A model generated the notes under the pieces. That model was not told where the DNA came from. It was given only the letters and a program-made list of their open reading frames with translations, and searched no databases. 64,000 nucleotides of DNA, taken from NCBI RefSeq assembly GCF_023055435.1, contig NW_025964112.1, positions 32,674,001-32,738,000 of the forward strand, given 5' to 3'. This DNA comes from Haliotis rufescens. Lineage: Eukaryota. Shown piece by piece: positions 38,013 through 51,129 of the stretch. The translations under genes were made by a program, and so were the position numbers. Positions within the stretch are counted from its first letter, which is position 1; each line of letters starts with the position of its first letter.

Positions 38013-38513
38013 CAGCGGAAGTTACAGCTTCGAGAAACAAAGTCGGAAGTTCAACAGATGCCCTGAGACCAGGCAAGAAACGTGTCAATATTCACAGATT
38101 ACTGCTGACGTTTTGTCATATAATTGCTCGTACCACCATAAAGGTAATTACAAGGGTTTGGAACCACACGCAACACATGGAGTGAAGCCTTATGGTTTCC
38201 AATGTTCTATATTACATGAGGAATCCTTTCAATCTTTTTTTGTCGTCACGTTGTCCCTTGAAACGTCAAATTTAGCCCTTTCAGTCAGGTGATCACGCCG
38301 CTCTTTAAACTCATCTGAGTCTTGGATCAACTTTCCATGGCGACATCATATTGGTTTATATATGTATTATTGTGTTGACCACTTTCTAAAGGGTCGACAA
38401 CTACTTTGCTTTATCGCGTCAACGGCATACGCATTGATGGCGTTCCACGTGAGGACACGACTATAGCACTAACTTATATGAAAACCCATTGGCATCCGTT
38501 GTTCTACCTTCAT

Positions 38514-38795
38514 GAGTGAGTGAGTGAATTTGGTTTAACGCCGCTTTTAACAGTATTCCAGTTATATCACGGCGTGTCAGCGCATGTGGGAGGAAAGCCC
38601 GAAGGGATGCAGATCTCAGACGTTTACCACTTCGGTGAAACCCGCGAGCACGGGTATGGTGCTGACAAACCTAGAAACATAATCGGGGCGAAGCGGGATT
38701 CGAACCCACAATCATAGGTTTCTGGCGTGATCAAGGAACGCAACTCTGCACAGCGAATCTCGGCGCCTTAGACGGCTGGGCCACCCGTGCCCCCT
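38514..38795 (-). mobile_element. Full-length tRNA-derived SINE (Leu/Ser-like head) with 14-bp target-site duplication
   Basis: Minus strand GGGGCACGGGTGGCCCAGCCGTCTAAGGCGC...GGGTTCGAATCCC and a (CTCA)n tail. Flanks ttctaccttcatga (38502-38515) and ttctacctccatga (38796-38809). Confidence 0.85.
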
Positions 38796-40036
38796 TTCTA
38801 CCTCCATGACCTGTAATTTGATGGATACGCTATCCTGTTAATGAGTAATCCTGCATTTCTACTGATATTTCTACTGATATAAACAGTGTGTACGTACATG
38901 CCAAATGTTGTCTCAGTATTACATCATATACATCTGGGGAGGGACTGCTCTGCTGTCCCAGAAGATTTATAGTATGGCCGGCCGTGTACATCCTGAACAG
39001 TAAACAAACTGCCCTAAACGGAGCTAAAATTCCGGGCCTCGCCTGTTCAACACTGAAATATTATATCCAATGTGATAGATCAAGGAATTTGCATCAAGAT
39101 CACACAAGCACACACAATTAGAAAAGGAAGTCCTTGCTATCATCTACGGAATATAGAAATTCTACTAGTATATATATATAGATGCAAGCTTGTTTTAGTC
39201 ACAGACCAAGATTACCTGGAAATGATTATCCAGACTGACGCTAACAAGAAGTATCTTCCAACATAGAATTGTCGACTTTGATGACAATATTTTCTCGAAT
39301 AATTGACAGTAGTTCCGGGTCAGTTTTACATAACCTCTGACTTCGTTAATAATGACTGATTTGTTTGACTTTCAACCTTGACATGTCTTTATACAGAATA
39401 AAATAAAATAACACAAAATATAGGTAAATTGTTAATTTCATTACATATCTATGTTGCCAACAACAAAGTGTTTGTATTAAGATGGCCGACCAGCTGTTGT
39501 CAGGGTCAATAACAACAGATATGAACCATGTGCGAAATCAACTGTTTGTCTGTTGTCATATCCATAGCCGTGCAATTGTCATGGTGACATTCCCAAAGTC
39601 TTATCAAATTTCCGACAGCCAAGTTTACCCAACAGCCCCGTAGTATTGTATAGGAGTCTAATGATGTTTATCCAGGCCCTTTATAATTCATGCCATAGTC
39701 ATAAGTTAAGGTTTCATATTATGTTTCTAAACAAACACGTGTAGCTCGGAAACAGGGAAGTAATGTGAAAGCCTGCAGTCTATCTGTCACAAGCTATTGA
39801 GAATGGAACATACAAATGTGCAAATATACAAAATGTCCTTCGTGGCTCATATGATTTATTCAAACCATTACGCAAGCGCGTCATCGGTATATTAGAAACA
39901 TTACAAAAGCCGTTTGTAGAAGACCGACACATATTAACAAACATGAATTCGGTTTTAAATATTTATTTTCTGAAGAGAAAATGGGTTGGTAAAGAAGCAC
40001 AACATACTTCGATTAACACTGCTCTATCAACGAAAA

Positions 40037-40200
40037 GGAGCTGTGGGGTAGCCTACTGGTTAAAGCGTTCGCTCGTGAAGCCGAACACCCGGATTGGATT
40101 CCCCAATGATTCCCCACAAACTATGAAGCCAATTTATGGTGTTCCCCGCTGTGATATTGCGTGAATGTTGCGAAAAATGACGTAAAATCACTCACTCACT
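40037..40200 (+). mobile_element. tRNA-derived SINE family B
   Basis: ggggtagcctactggttaaagcgttcgctcg...tgaagccaatttatggtgttcccc...cgtaaaatcactcactcact. Confidence 0.85.
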
Positions 40201-40769
40201 CCAGCAACAAAACAATTTAAAATATGTGGAGTGCAAATCGGCAAAATATATTGTAGAAACACCAGTAGACATATTATTAAAAAAACCCATCTGATTAGGG
40301 TTGTTTGTCACTGCCAGGCAGCTTCTTAATTAAATATTAATGTCAAGAAGCTATTTCGAATGGCTTTGTTTTTTTATGATATAGTCATGTACTAATTTTC
40401 ATATTTGAATTTCAATTTGTTTTTTTACGTGTAAGGAAGCATTACCATGAAGATAGGGTTGGCTTATAAATTTCAACTTCTTACAATGCAACGTTTAGGT
40501 AAAGAGACCAGTAGTTTTAACCAATTGCTTAATAAATGTGCCGGCATCTGTAGCAAACGTCGAATTATAAGAATAAAGGTCAAAATCCATTTCAATTTTT
40601 TTTTATTGTAACTACAGCTTTTAAAAGGCCACTTAAATATGCTGGAATAATTACGGCTTAAACAGTTTCAAATTACACCTATGGGTAAAATGGTACATGC
40701 TATTTCTGATAATATCATACTTTGTGCATGTGAAGAAGTAATGAAATGTATTTTCGTGTTGGTATCCGC

Positions 40770-43422
40770 AGAAAACGGGCAGATTCGTCATGGTAATGCA
40801 TTCCAAAGTTTAATTCTGTCTGGAATAAACGATTTTGCATAACATTTTGTACGACAATTGCTATTTTGTAAATTGATACTGTCCTGAATGCATAAGGAGT
40901 TGTTACTTGTTACTACTACGTTGGTAATGTGAGTTGGACATTATTTTTTTAGGTGCCGAAATTTTAGCAATAATGACAAGAAATAATAAAATAAAAGGTA
41001 TACAGAAGGGTAATATTAAATCTCTGCTTGCACAATATGCAGATGATGCTACATTAAGTTTAGATGAATCTGAAAAGAGCTTCTATACCACAATGATCAT
41101 TTAAAAGAAATGCCCAGTTTTCGGGATTAAAAGTTAATGCTGAAAAAAACAAGTTGATATGGATAGGGTCAAAGAAAAGATCAAGATATAAGTTATGTGA
41201 GGATTGGAATTTTGACTGATCACAATCTCACTTTAAGCTAATAGGCATAGATTTTGATGTTGATTTGGAAAATATGGTCAATTTAGACTATTGTTACGTG
41301 TGGATCCACTAAACCGTTTCCATACATAACAAGGAGAGATCACACAACAATTTAAAAATAATTTAATACTGGCAGTCTAATCAAGATTCATATTATTTAC
41401 AAACAGCAAAAGCAAGTATCAATCACAATATAAACAGTCTTACTTTATGATGAAAAATCACATCATTTCCAAACAAGATCCAGTGAATGTTTCGTGTAAT
41501 CCATAATACACCATAGTTCACAAATTGCCGACATGGCATACACAATTAAAGTTTAAAATCTTGCCGACATGGCATGTCAGTTAACACCTCCAACCCGACC
41601 TGGGAACTGACCACTTTGTCTACCCGTTGAGCAATAGCCAAGCCACAATTGCATAACATCAGCCTTAACTTGGCTGTGGGCTTACCAGGGCTTACATATA
41701 GACAATGTGAAGTGAAGTGTGTAATTGGTCAGTGTTGATCACTGGCAATCTGTACACAAGCAACATAATATATGAAAAGGTAGGAATATACATTTCATGA
41801 TAACAAAGTACATTTAATATATTCTACATATACGTATAGTAAATATACATGTATAATGGATTCTCATAACAACTATACAAACAAGTTTGATAAGATAGAA
41901 AGGAAAGGAAAATGTGGGAAAAGAGAACCCTGACACCTATGGGTAGAAATGTTGTACTAAAATCATTGTTGTTACCCAAACTCAATCACCTGTTTTGCAG
42001 TATAACAAGCCCACCCAAAATTGTAAAAGAAAAGTTTCAGTCAAAATGTTTTCACTTCATCTGGAGATCTTAACCTGACAGAGTTAAAAGGAAAATTATG
42101 TCATTACATCCTAAATATGGCGGCATCAGTGTCCAAGTGGTGGAAATGGTAATCGACGCACAAAAATTAAGCTGGATTAAGAGACTGGTTCATGGTAATT
42201 CCACATGGACAGCTTTCTTTCTTTTTTAAATGTTGCTAGCGCGAATGTAATTTACCTGGCTGATGCTGCCTATATTAACGAAAAGATTATTCCAAACATC
42301 AACAATAACTTTTGGAAGGAAGTTTTGTTATGGTGGTCAGTGTGCTTGAATTGTTGTGATAATGTTAAACAATCTGGCGAGGATATGATGTGCAAATCTG
42401 TCTGGTATAATAATGAAATCAAAATTGATGGTAAGTCTATTTATTTTCCACAATGGCATCAAAAGGGTATACCATATATAAATGACTTCATTCATGACAC
42501 AGGGAAATTATATGATTTTGACGAATTTGTACAAAAATACAGTTTGAAGACAGACTTTTTGACCCATCAAGGAGTAAAACTATCAATAGTCAGGTATTTA
42601 CAGAATAACAATATAATACATTGTGCTAAAGTTTGCCAAAGACCTATACTGCCATATAATGTATAAAAAATAAACAATAAACCGGGAAGCTAGGTATTTT
42701 ATGAAGCCCTATTAAACCCTAAATTTATAAAACATAAGTGCTGCAGTAAATGGGAAGATTTCCTTGAAAAACAGTATACAGATACAGAGTGGACAAACTT
42801 TAACCTTATGGCAAAAACATGTACACAAAGTTCTGAATTAGGATGGTTTCAGTTTAAAGTTATACATAATATTTTGAGTACTAACTGTTATTTATTTAAA
42901 TTTGGATATGTTGAATCGCCAGTTTGCTCATTATGTATTGAACATTTACTTTCTGAAAACAATTACTCATGTATTATGTTATTGTCACTATGCTGCTGAT
43001 ATATTGACGAAACTTTCAGATTGGCTTGGAAACTATACAGAAGGCAGAGTTAATTTTAAAAATGAACACATACTGTTTGGATTTAAAGAGAAGAATAACA
43101 ATTCACTCAATGAAGGAATTATGGTAACAAAATCTATGCTGTACACATTTAATAGAAAAAAGTCAAACCACTCCTTTTACTAATTCAAAAAGAAATACTT
43201 CGATATTATGAAAATACAAAATGTATTGCATATTCAAATTGTTATTATGAAAGTTTGCATGCCTTCTGGTGTTCTCTACATGTATTATTTAGAAACCCTG
43301 TATAACTACGATATATGATCTGTCAATGCTACAAACATGCCAATAATGTCACAACAAATCCATGCACACTCTATGTATGATATTGAAATGTAAAATATGA
43401 TGAAAAATGGAATAAAAAAATA
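40770..43422 (+). mobile_element. 5'-truncated, decayed L1/Tx1-type LINE (RT C-terminal half), interrupted by a solo LTR
   Basis: Motifs QYADDAT, SGLKVN, LTPMGRNVVLKSLLLPKLNHL, NNFWKEVL..W, VWYNNEIKIDGK and FQFKVIHNILSTN; aataaaaaaa 3' end at ~43411. Inserted in the 3' flank of paralogue 3. Confidence 0.88.
41292..41871. mobile_element. Solo LTR (580 bp) with 5-bp TSD
   Basis: Begins TGTTACG and ends CATAACA. ACTAT is duplicated at 41287-41291 and 41872-41876, and the LINE reading resumes across it. Confidence 0.88.
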
Positions 43423-43508
43423 TTTTCAGGTAGGAAATGGTTAAACATTTTGGGTATGTAAAGCGATATCTTCTCTATCTTAAGGGATACGGTTTAGTTC
43501 ACAGTAAA

Positions 43509-45104
43509 TTATACAATAACTCTCCGCATTAATTTAAAACCAAACCATACAATTAAGAATGGCACCGTTACAATTATTAAACACATGTCGCCAACAAAGG
43601 CGATTTTCTTCAAATATCTCCGCCATTTAGGCTCCTTTTGACAGCAATGCAACAGCACACGGTGAAACATGCATTTGTTTTCGCTGTCATTGAAGACAAT
43701 GTGTCCATTTTTTAAAAACAGACGCAAAGTTTGTTTGACGGTAGATTTCACGTTGCTTGGAAGGTCGATGCTTACTTCAGAATCTTTTCCGACTGACGCA
43801 ATGATAAGAATTGCTGAAGGCAAACCTAAGGGAGAAATATGATAGATCATATATGTATAATTAACCTTGTATACAGGTTGGTGTTTTCTCCAAGAGCAGT
43901 CAACATGTATGAAATAACACATTCATTTTTCTAACAGTAACAACCCATCCTAGTCATTTTATATTTAGGCTGAAGTGCTTGATAGGCATTTTGAAGTTGG
44001 AAGAACCTGAAGACATGAGACTTTTTAAGGAGGGTAACTTCTTTAAATCTTTGTCACGACGTTTCATAGCTACTTCTGTATGTCAAAGATTTAGGCTGTT
44101 CAAATAAATATGTCAACTTATTTCCGAAAAGATGAATCCCTCACTCAATACTGTTTCATTCCTCTTGACTACGTATGACATATGCCGTTATCAGTGCACG
44201 TGTTCGATATATTTCAATAGAATCATGTACCCATTAAAGTGTTCACAATGAGTTCCTCTTCATCCTTAATGCGAGATGAAACTTGAAATATGACGAGGTG
44301 GGGGAAATCCTTTTTTAACTTTGATCCCTTCGCTCTATATCGCATCACATTTTGGAAGAATTCATCTTCTAGACTTTCGGAGTTACTGCTTCTCGGGATG
44401 ATGATAGTATTTGCTCTCAGTATGTTTTCTGCAAGATAAATGCTGAATGTTACATTGGCCTCTCGTTATAGGAGGCATACGTTTGGGGGGGACGGCGGTG
44501 CTGCCTCTTCGGGCCAATTGCTCTTGTTCAAATATTAGAAAAACGCTTCATGACCTATTTTGAGTCATTTTAGCCACACTATACAAATATACTTGTGAGT
44601 CCAATAGATCTTAGTATACAGGTCTTACAGTCGTTTATATGCACACATCGGACAACTTCCATAGCCATAATTAAACATGTGTCATTTCTCTCATCGTGCA
44701 ACCAGTGTGGCAAAGGGGTCATTATCACACGGTGTTTTGTGCTGAAAACATCTGATACCTTCCAAAGCGACGTTTTTAAACCGATCGTTTCCTAAATCAA
44801 GCATGAAGTGGACCTATGGGGTCATTATCATGGTTTGTTCCTGTTCTTAATCATTTATAAGTACTCAATGGGAGTAAAGCGTTTACGGTTCAACTTTACT
44901 AAACACACGTATTCCAACTTCCATACGTCCCCATGCTCTTGTATGTGGCTGGGCTGGCTTGTAATTGAAGCATATTATACGATGATTATTATGATTATTA
45001 TAGAATGAATGAATGAATAAATGTATTTATTTATTTCACATAAATCCGAAGATTCTCAAAGCATCAAGATTAGGTAATTAAATAATTAAATAACACAATA
45101 ATCA

Positions 45105-45173
<69 letters not shown>

Positions 45174-48100
45174 ATGTCCCGCATATTAACAGGCTATAAA
45201 CAGTGAGAAATATTGGTAAGGTTACCACACGTTGTTTAGGATATGTTTAATTTGATATAAATACTTTAAGATTTCAATGATAGTGAAATGCCTCGTTATT
45301 TCATCAATGTCATTGTTATCTGCACCAAGAAAGAATGCTAACATATCATGGTCTTCCATCATCTCTATTTTTACATATGTTTAACATCAAGATTATCAAT
45401 TAGAGTGAAAAAGAATACATCTCTATCTGAAAGTAGACATTCACAGTTTAAGATGACATGGTGATAATAATCATGAGCAAAAGTATTACATTTTGTACAT
45501 TCTTTTGATATTTTGGATCCAATCCTTATTATATACTGTATTTCTTCTCTCATTTCTGGATATAACATTACAATGCTGTATAACACATGAGGAGTACATG
45601 TAAGTGTTGTGTTAATTTTAGAATATCGAGATAGGTCTGCTCTACATGATAGTTATATTTCCATACTTCTTCCTCGTGGGTAGTTATTTTATTTAACACA
45701 ATCTTTATCCACTTAATCTTCGCGGGGAATTCCCCTGTGCGAACGTAGTGAAATACATGATGGAGTAGCTTATATTTCTTGGCTGTTGAAAGCAACACTC
45801 CACATAAACTGTGTAAATTATTGTTATGAAAGTAATAGAGTGAAATTGATTGAAAACAGTTTTACAAATTGAGACACATGAGTTGTTGCAGAGACGCCCC
45901 AGCAGCTGTAGTCTACATTTATCTATATAGCCAACCATGCTCCAAAGTCCTAGATTAGCAATAGTGGCATCAGTGGGGGAACGTTGGTCAAAACCTTGTA
46001 CAATCCTTGCAAAGTAACGCTGGGTGCTTTCAGCTAATTCAAGATCTTTACCATGCAGAGGAGGTAGTAATTCACATCAATAAAAGCTTGTTGTTAAGAT
46101 CATTCTTTTCCATATCTCAATACTTGCATACGAATGTAAGTCACTACTATTTAGACCAACAGAGAGGAGAGAATTATTAGTACGCCTTGCAGCTCTCTTC
46201 AATATATAATTTGAAAGAAAGATTACTTTGTAGAACAACACCCGCATATTTTACATTATCAAACAAAGGCATATCATAGTCCCCAAAGGGATAAGCATAC
46301 GTTCACAATAATTGCTTCTTTTTATGAAACACAACAATTTTACTTTTCGATGCATTATAAGTTAATCGCCATTTGGATGCGTAATTAACAACTGTATCTA
46401 AGGCTGTTTGCAGACCTTTAGGGCTGTAACTGATAAGAGTAGTATCATCAGCAAGTAACACTCATGGTAAACTAACATTATATATACATATTCCTGTATC
46501 TAACTGCCAAAGCTCAGTTATGAGGTCATTTATGTACACAAGAAAAAGCAAAGCTGAGATAACTCTACCCAGACCTATAACCTTATCTAACAGCAAATGC
46601 ATCAGATTGTTCGCCCTTATACTGAACACACGCATACATGGAAGTATAACAGTGATGTAACAGAGACCACATTTTACCTCTAATACCAAGATGATAGAGT
46701 TTTACAAAGAGACCCGAGTGCCATATTCGATCAAAAGCTTTCTCGTTATCTAGAAATGCTGTGTAGATACATGATCACCTGTTAACATAACTTTGTACAC
46801 ATTCGATGAGGTTAAATAGCGACATAACAGCACCGTCTTTCTTCCTAAAGCTAAACTGCAATATACGGGAAAATTACAGGCATTTCGGGATGTCCACGTT
46901 TCTAATCTTTCTGAGAGAATTTTCTCAAAAAGCTTACTAAGGCAAGATGTTAGCGTAATACCTCTATAATTTACAGGGTTTGATTTATCCTTTTTACCCT
47001 TATAGATAGGTATAATTACCCCGTGTCTATAGGCTGCAGGTGTGTACTGAAGTTTAAGAATAGCATTAAATAACAGTGCTAACTTCCCTACTAGCAGCTC
47101 ACCACCAAACATCACATGTTCATTTTTAATATTGTCAGGACCAGGTGATGTGTTCCTCTTCAGTGTCTGTACATATCTAATCACTTCCTGAACCGATATT
47201 TCAGCACATAGTACATTATCAACACATGAGTTAGATTCATTACTGGAGGCTAATTTCTCAATTTCATAGTCAATACCATCTTTAAAGTCTTGATCGAACT
47301 GGTCGGAGTCATATGGTTTTGCTAGATCCGCATAGTACCTACCCCAAAGCTGACATATGTCAGTGGGAGTTGTTACATTACGGTCATCATATGTAAGTTT
47401 TTCAACTCCGATCTTCTGTTTACGTAGTTTTCTTACAGATTTATAAAACGTATTCACATCAGTATCACAAGTTTTTTCTAATTCCAATCAAAATTTCTTT
47501 GAAAAGGCCTCCTTTGACTTTCTGTGACGACGTCGGAATTCTCGCTTAACCTGCTTGGATGATGCTTAAGAATGGACATTATCCCCCCTTGGTTTTTTCC
47601 TCGGATAACCATCTCCGCCTTGCAACTCGCATGTTATAATGGTCTAGGTGTAGCCCACCCTGTTTCCAGTAAGGCTTCAGATTAGCCTTGAAACTACCTA
47701 CTGGTATAGACTGTCTTACTGGCATCAATTATACATTTACTGATCCCCGTATTAAATGATTCAATATCATCGCGTTTATCTATTGATAAACAAGTCTCTG
47801 CATTGTTTAGCAGTGTATCAAGACAGACCTTGTACGAAGAGATCTCCATATTGGAAGCTTTGTCCCATTTAACAAGACATGCTTCTTTAACCTTTTGCTT
47901 TACATTATCATGTTTTAGCCAGTTTTCTTATTCAGCAATGATATCGACATAGTCCGGTAAAATAGAGTTGATATGTTCGGTCTGATGAGACACACCAAGC
48001 ACATTCCAGGTCAACACACTTAGTGCCATCACAATAGACAACATAGTCAATATGAACATAGCCATTTTGTTAGTAGATGTTGCTCCTGTATTCTTGCTGT

Positions 48101-48210
48101 TGTTGTTGTTTCGGATCAGTTTGACGCTGCCTTGCCACATAGTCTCATGTGGTAACCTTACCAATATTTCTCACTGTTTATAGCCTGTAAATATGCGGGA
48201 CATTGATATG

Positions 48211-48246
<36 letters not shown>

Positions 48247-48715
48247 TATATGCTCTTGTTCAAATATTAGAAAAACGCTTCATGACCTATTTTGAGTCAT
48301 TTTACACTATACAAATATACTTGTGAGTCCAATAGATCTTAGTATACAGGTCTTACAGTCGTTTTATGCACACATCGGACAACTTCCATAGCCATAATTA
48401 AACATGTGTCATTTCTCTCATCGTGCATCCAGTGTGGCAAAGGGGTCATTATCACACGGTGTTTTGTGCTGAATACATCTGATACCTTCCATAACGATGT
48501 TTTTAAACCGATCATTTCCTAAATCCAGCATGAAGTGGCCTATGGGGTCATTATCATGGTTTGTTCCTGTGCTTAATCATTTATCTGTACTCAATGGGAG
48601 TAACGTGTTTACGGTTCGACTATACTAAACACACGTATTCCAACTTACCCATGTCGCTCCTTCCATGCGTCCCCATGCTCCTGTATGTGGCTGGGCTGGC
48701 TGCAACCTTGGACAT
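43509..48715 (-). CDS. GIMAP/AIG1-like degenerate GTPase with C-terminal TM anchor, paralogue 3 (193 aa); promoter block missing, possibly non-functional
   Basis: Exons 48715-48649, 44428-44231 and 43825-43509, open frame: MSKVAASPATYRSMGTHGRSDM/ENILRANTIIIPRSSNSESLEDEFFQNVMRY...FPHLVIFQVSSRIKDEEELIVNTLM/GLPSAILIIASVGKD...HIVFND...CLIIVTVPFLIVWFGFKLMRRVIV. The first coding intron holds a 3.2-kb LINE and a broken duplicate of the ATG exon. Confidence 0.65.
44519..45004. repeat. Local ~500-bp direct duplication (partner 48251-48763) containing a broken copy of the ATG exon
   Basis: Both copies start tgctcttgttcaaatattagaaaaacgcttcatgacc and end ...atgattattataga. In this copy the donor and the ATG are deleted (~44915-44960). 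Confidence 0.92.
45005..48140 (-). mobile_element. Decayed APE-RT LINE with internal deletion
   Basis: APE start LSVLTWNVLG (~48.0 kb), RT motifs SPGPDNIKNEH, NYRGITLTSCLSKLFEKIL and LLADDT; aataaa plus (ATTC)n tail at ~45005-45035. Confidence 0.9.
45108..45170. repeat. (TA)n microsatellite; a second tract at 48207-48250
   Basis: Seen directly. Confidence 0.95.
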
Positions 48716-49449
48716 ACTGGTAATTGAAGCATATTATACGATGACTATTATGATTATTATAGATGATAATATAATCTGTGTAAATAGATTTGTGGAAAGC
48801 GCTTTACAACACCATTGAACGTACAAATCGGAACAGGTTATTGCTCTGATAATAGAAATATAGATGGCATCTCAAGTCATTTCAGGTAGGCTGGGCATCT
48901 CCAAACTTCAAATAATGATTGAAATTTGATGTTTTTCCGTGTTGCACTTGTCAAGACAAGCAGAAACAATGCATACCGAATCCCTACAACACGCGTTTTT
49001 CTATACCCTGGTTTACATCATCAATTGCATGATTTTGTTTTGTCAACAGATCATGCTTTTCTGCAGAGGTTCCGTTTGTGTTACATGTTTTCAAATATCC
49101 CGTTTCATATCCCGTTTAGCTCGTCTCCCTGATATTGTTATGTGTCGACTTCTAAATTGAAACAATCAGTTAAACCAGTAAGAATTCAGTGTGTATGGAA
49201 ACAAGATATTTTTTTATATTTTCAGCCACATGTGCACCTCTGGAACCAGATATTTGTTTTATTGCAACTATGAGACTAAATATATATTTTTAAGAAACAC
49301 ACATTGCACCAATGTATTCTCTGTGGCTGTAAATAACCATTTTTCAACAGTCAGAAGCACAATGTTTTTTATTTATTTAACCTTAATGGTTAATTCATTG
49401 TACAATTTTTGAAACACCCTATATGTTTTTACAACTATTAATACTCAAT

Positions 49450-49755
49450 GCTGACTTGGAATTATCACTTCATCTGTGCAAAACTTAGGGTATAATGCAT
49501 CCTATGCATTTTGAAATTGATTGACGTTAAATATTGACAATAAAAAGCAAAACGTAGTTCAGCCGTACATATGAGGAATATTATACCATATATGTATTTC
49601 AATAACGAATGATGTTCCCTACTGACTTTGAATGGCCGATTCATTCGTACAAACATGGACATAATATACAATATAATATATTTAAATCGATCACAAATAA
49701 CGCTCCATACCATCTTAGGTGACAATTTCATCCATTCAACAGTGAAATAGTACAC
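49450..49755. repeat. Diverged dispersed repeat; partner at ~55655-56005
   Basis: cttggaat...ttcatctgtgcaaa...atcctatg.attttga...tgacgtt and acaaataacgc...ttcatc...aaca.tgaaata occur at both sites in the same orientation. Confidence 0.7.
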
Positions 49756-50299
49756 CCAAGATGTATTCTGATCAAGGTATGTTTGTATTATGGTTGTATT
49801 ATACTCTACTCATTGTGCAATTTCCAATTTCGGCTCGACGGATTTCTGTAAAAAAAATAACCTCAAAGTACCCACAGACATATCTGTCCAAAATGTATTG
49901 ACGTTAATGCTTAAATAGCCAAGAACGATCCCTTTGTTTCTACGTATAGTGGGACCCTCATCGAAACATAGACAGGGCTGTGCACTATTACATGAAATGA
50001 ACGGCTCAGCTCCAAACTCAATATCTATAAAAAGGCGCTATAAAGCAAGCGTTTATCACATCCCCTGCATCTCTGCAGCGAGAACAAGACTTAGTTTCCT
50101 TTCATATCTATATTTCCGGAAAATGGCGTTCAGTGCTGTGGAAACAACATCTTGCATCTGTAGTCGGTACACAGAAGGAGGCATCCAACCCACTGTCACC
50201 CACCAACAGCAGCAATCGGAGCAGATTTTCGGAGGTCCATGAAACAATTTATTGCTTTGTTTGTTGTTTCTGTATTCACCAATGTGAAGTCGCAAATAT

Positions 50300-50835
50300 G
50301 CAAAGTTGGTAATCCGAATTCCGTCGTCAGCTAAAACATAGCATCATACAACATCGTGTAAATGTTCAGATGCACAAGGTCGAGGGACTTGACTTCTGGC
50401 GGCTACCCTCAGCTAAATTCAATTGTTTCTGAGAAAACGTGTCCCAAATATGCACAATGTAAAATAACACGGATCAAGGGCCGTAACTCCGTAAAAAAAG
50501 TAATTTACGGTACCATTCTCCGAAGTCAATCTTGACAAGTATCTTTTAGATAAGCATGTAAACTTTCAATTCGTGTAACGTCAGTAGTTTCTGCGAACAC
50601 CTTTCCCCATTTCACGCAGTATGCTCTCAGTTAAAAATCAAAATCTCTGTAAATAATTAATTTACGACAACAATTTTCGAGCTCATTTGAGATCATGACC
50701 AGTAACATCAGTGTGTAAAATTTCATTTCTCAAACTGAAATAATTGTTTAGAAAATGTGTCCACTTTGAGAAGCGGACGGACGGAAGAACTTAGTTCCTA
50801 TTTCCCCCGCCCCGCATCGTGGCGAGTGATAAAAA
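50300..50835 (+). mobile_element. Probable non-autonomous Helentron/HINE-like mollusc repeat
   Basis: aagggccgtaactcc internal motif, (cgga)n run, 3' GC hairpin cccccgcc...ggcgagtg followed by ataaaaa. Family assignment from memory. Confidence 0.45.
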
Positions 50836-51129
50836 TAAAAACCTGTCGTCTTAGGAACAGTGAACAAAATGCGCAGGTGTAAAGATATTTCTTCCTCTAC
50901 AGTCAATGTACAAATCGTCACCTGTGAACCATAATGTCCTATCTCCACTTTGATAAGTTTTGAGTAAATGATATTTTATAAAATTTGAAGTGCTGTATAA
51001 TATTAATTGAAAAAACAACATGCATTTATTTTACATGAAACAAACAAATACAAAATAATTGATAATTTTTTTAATCAAAAGTATTTATCCATCTATTACA
51101 GATAAATGTTATATTTATGTAAGAGTATA

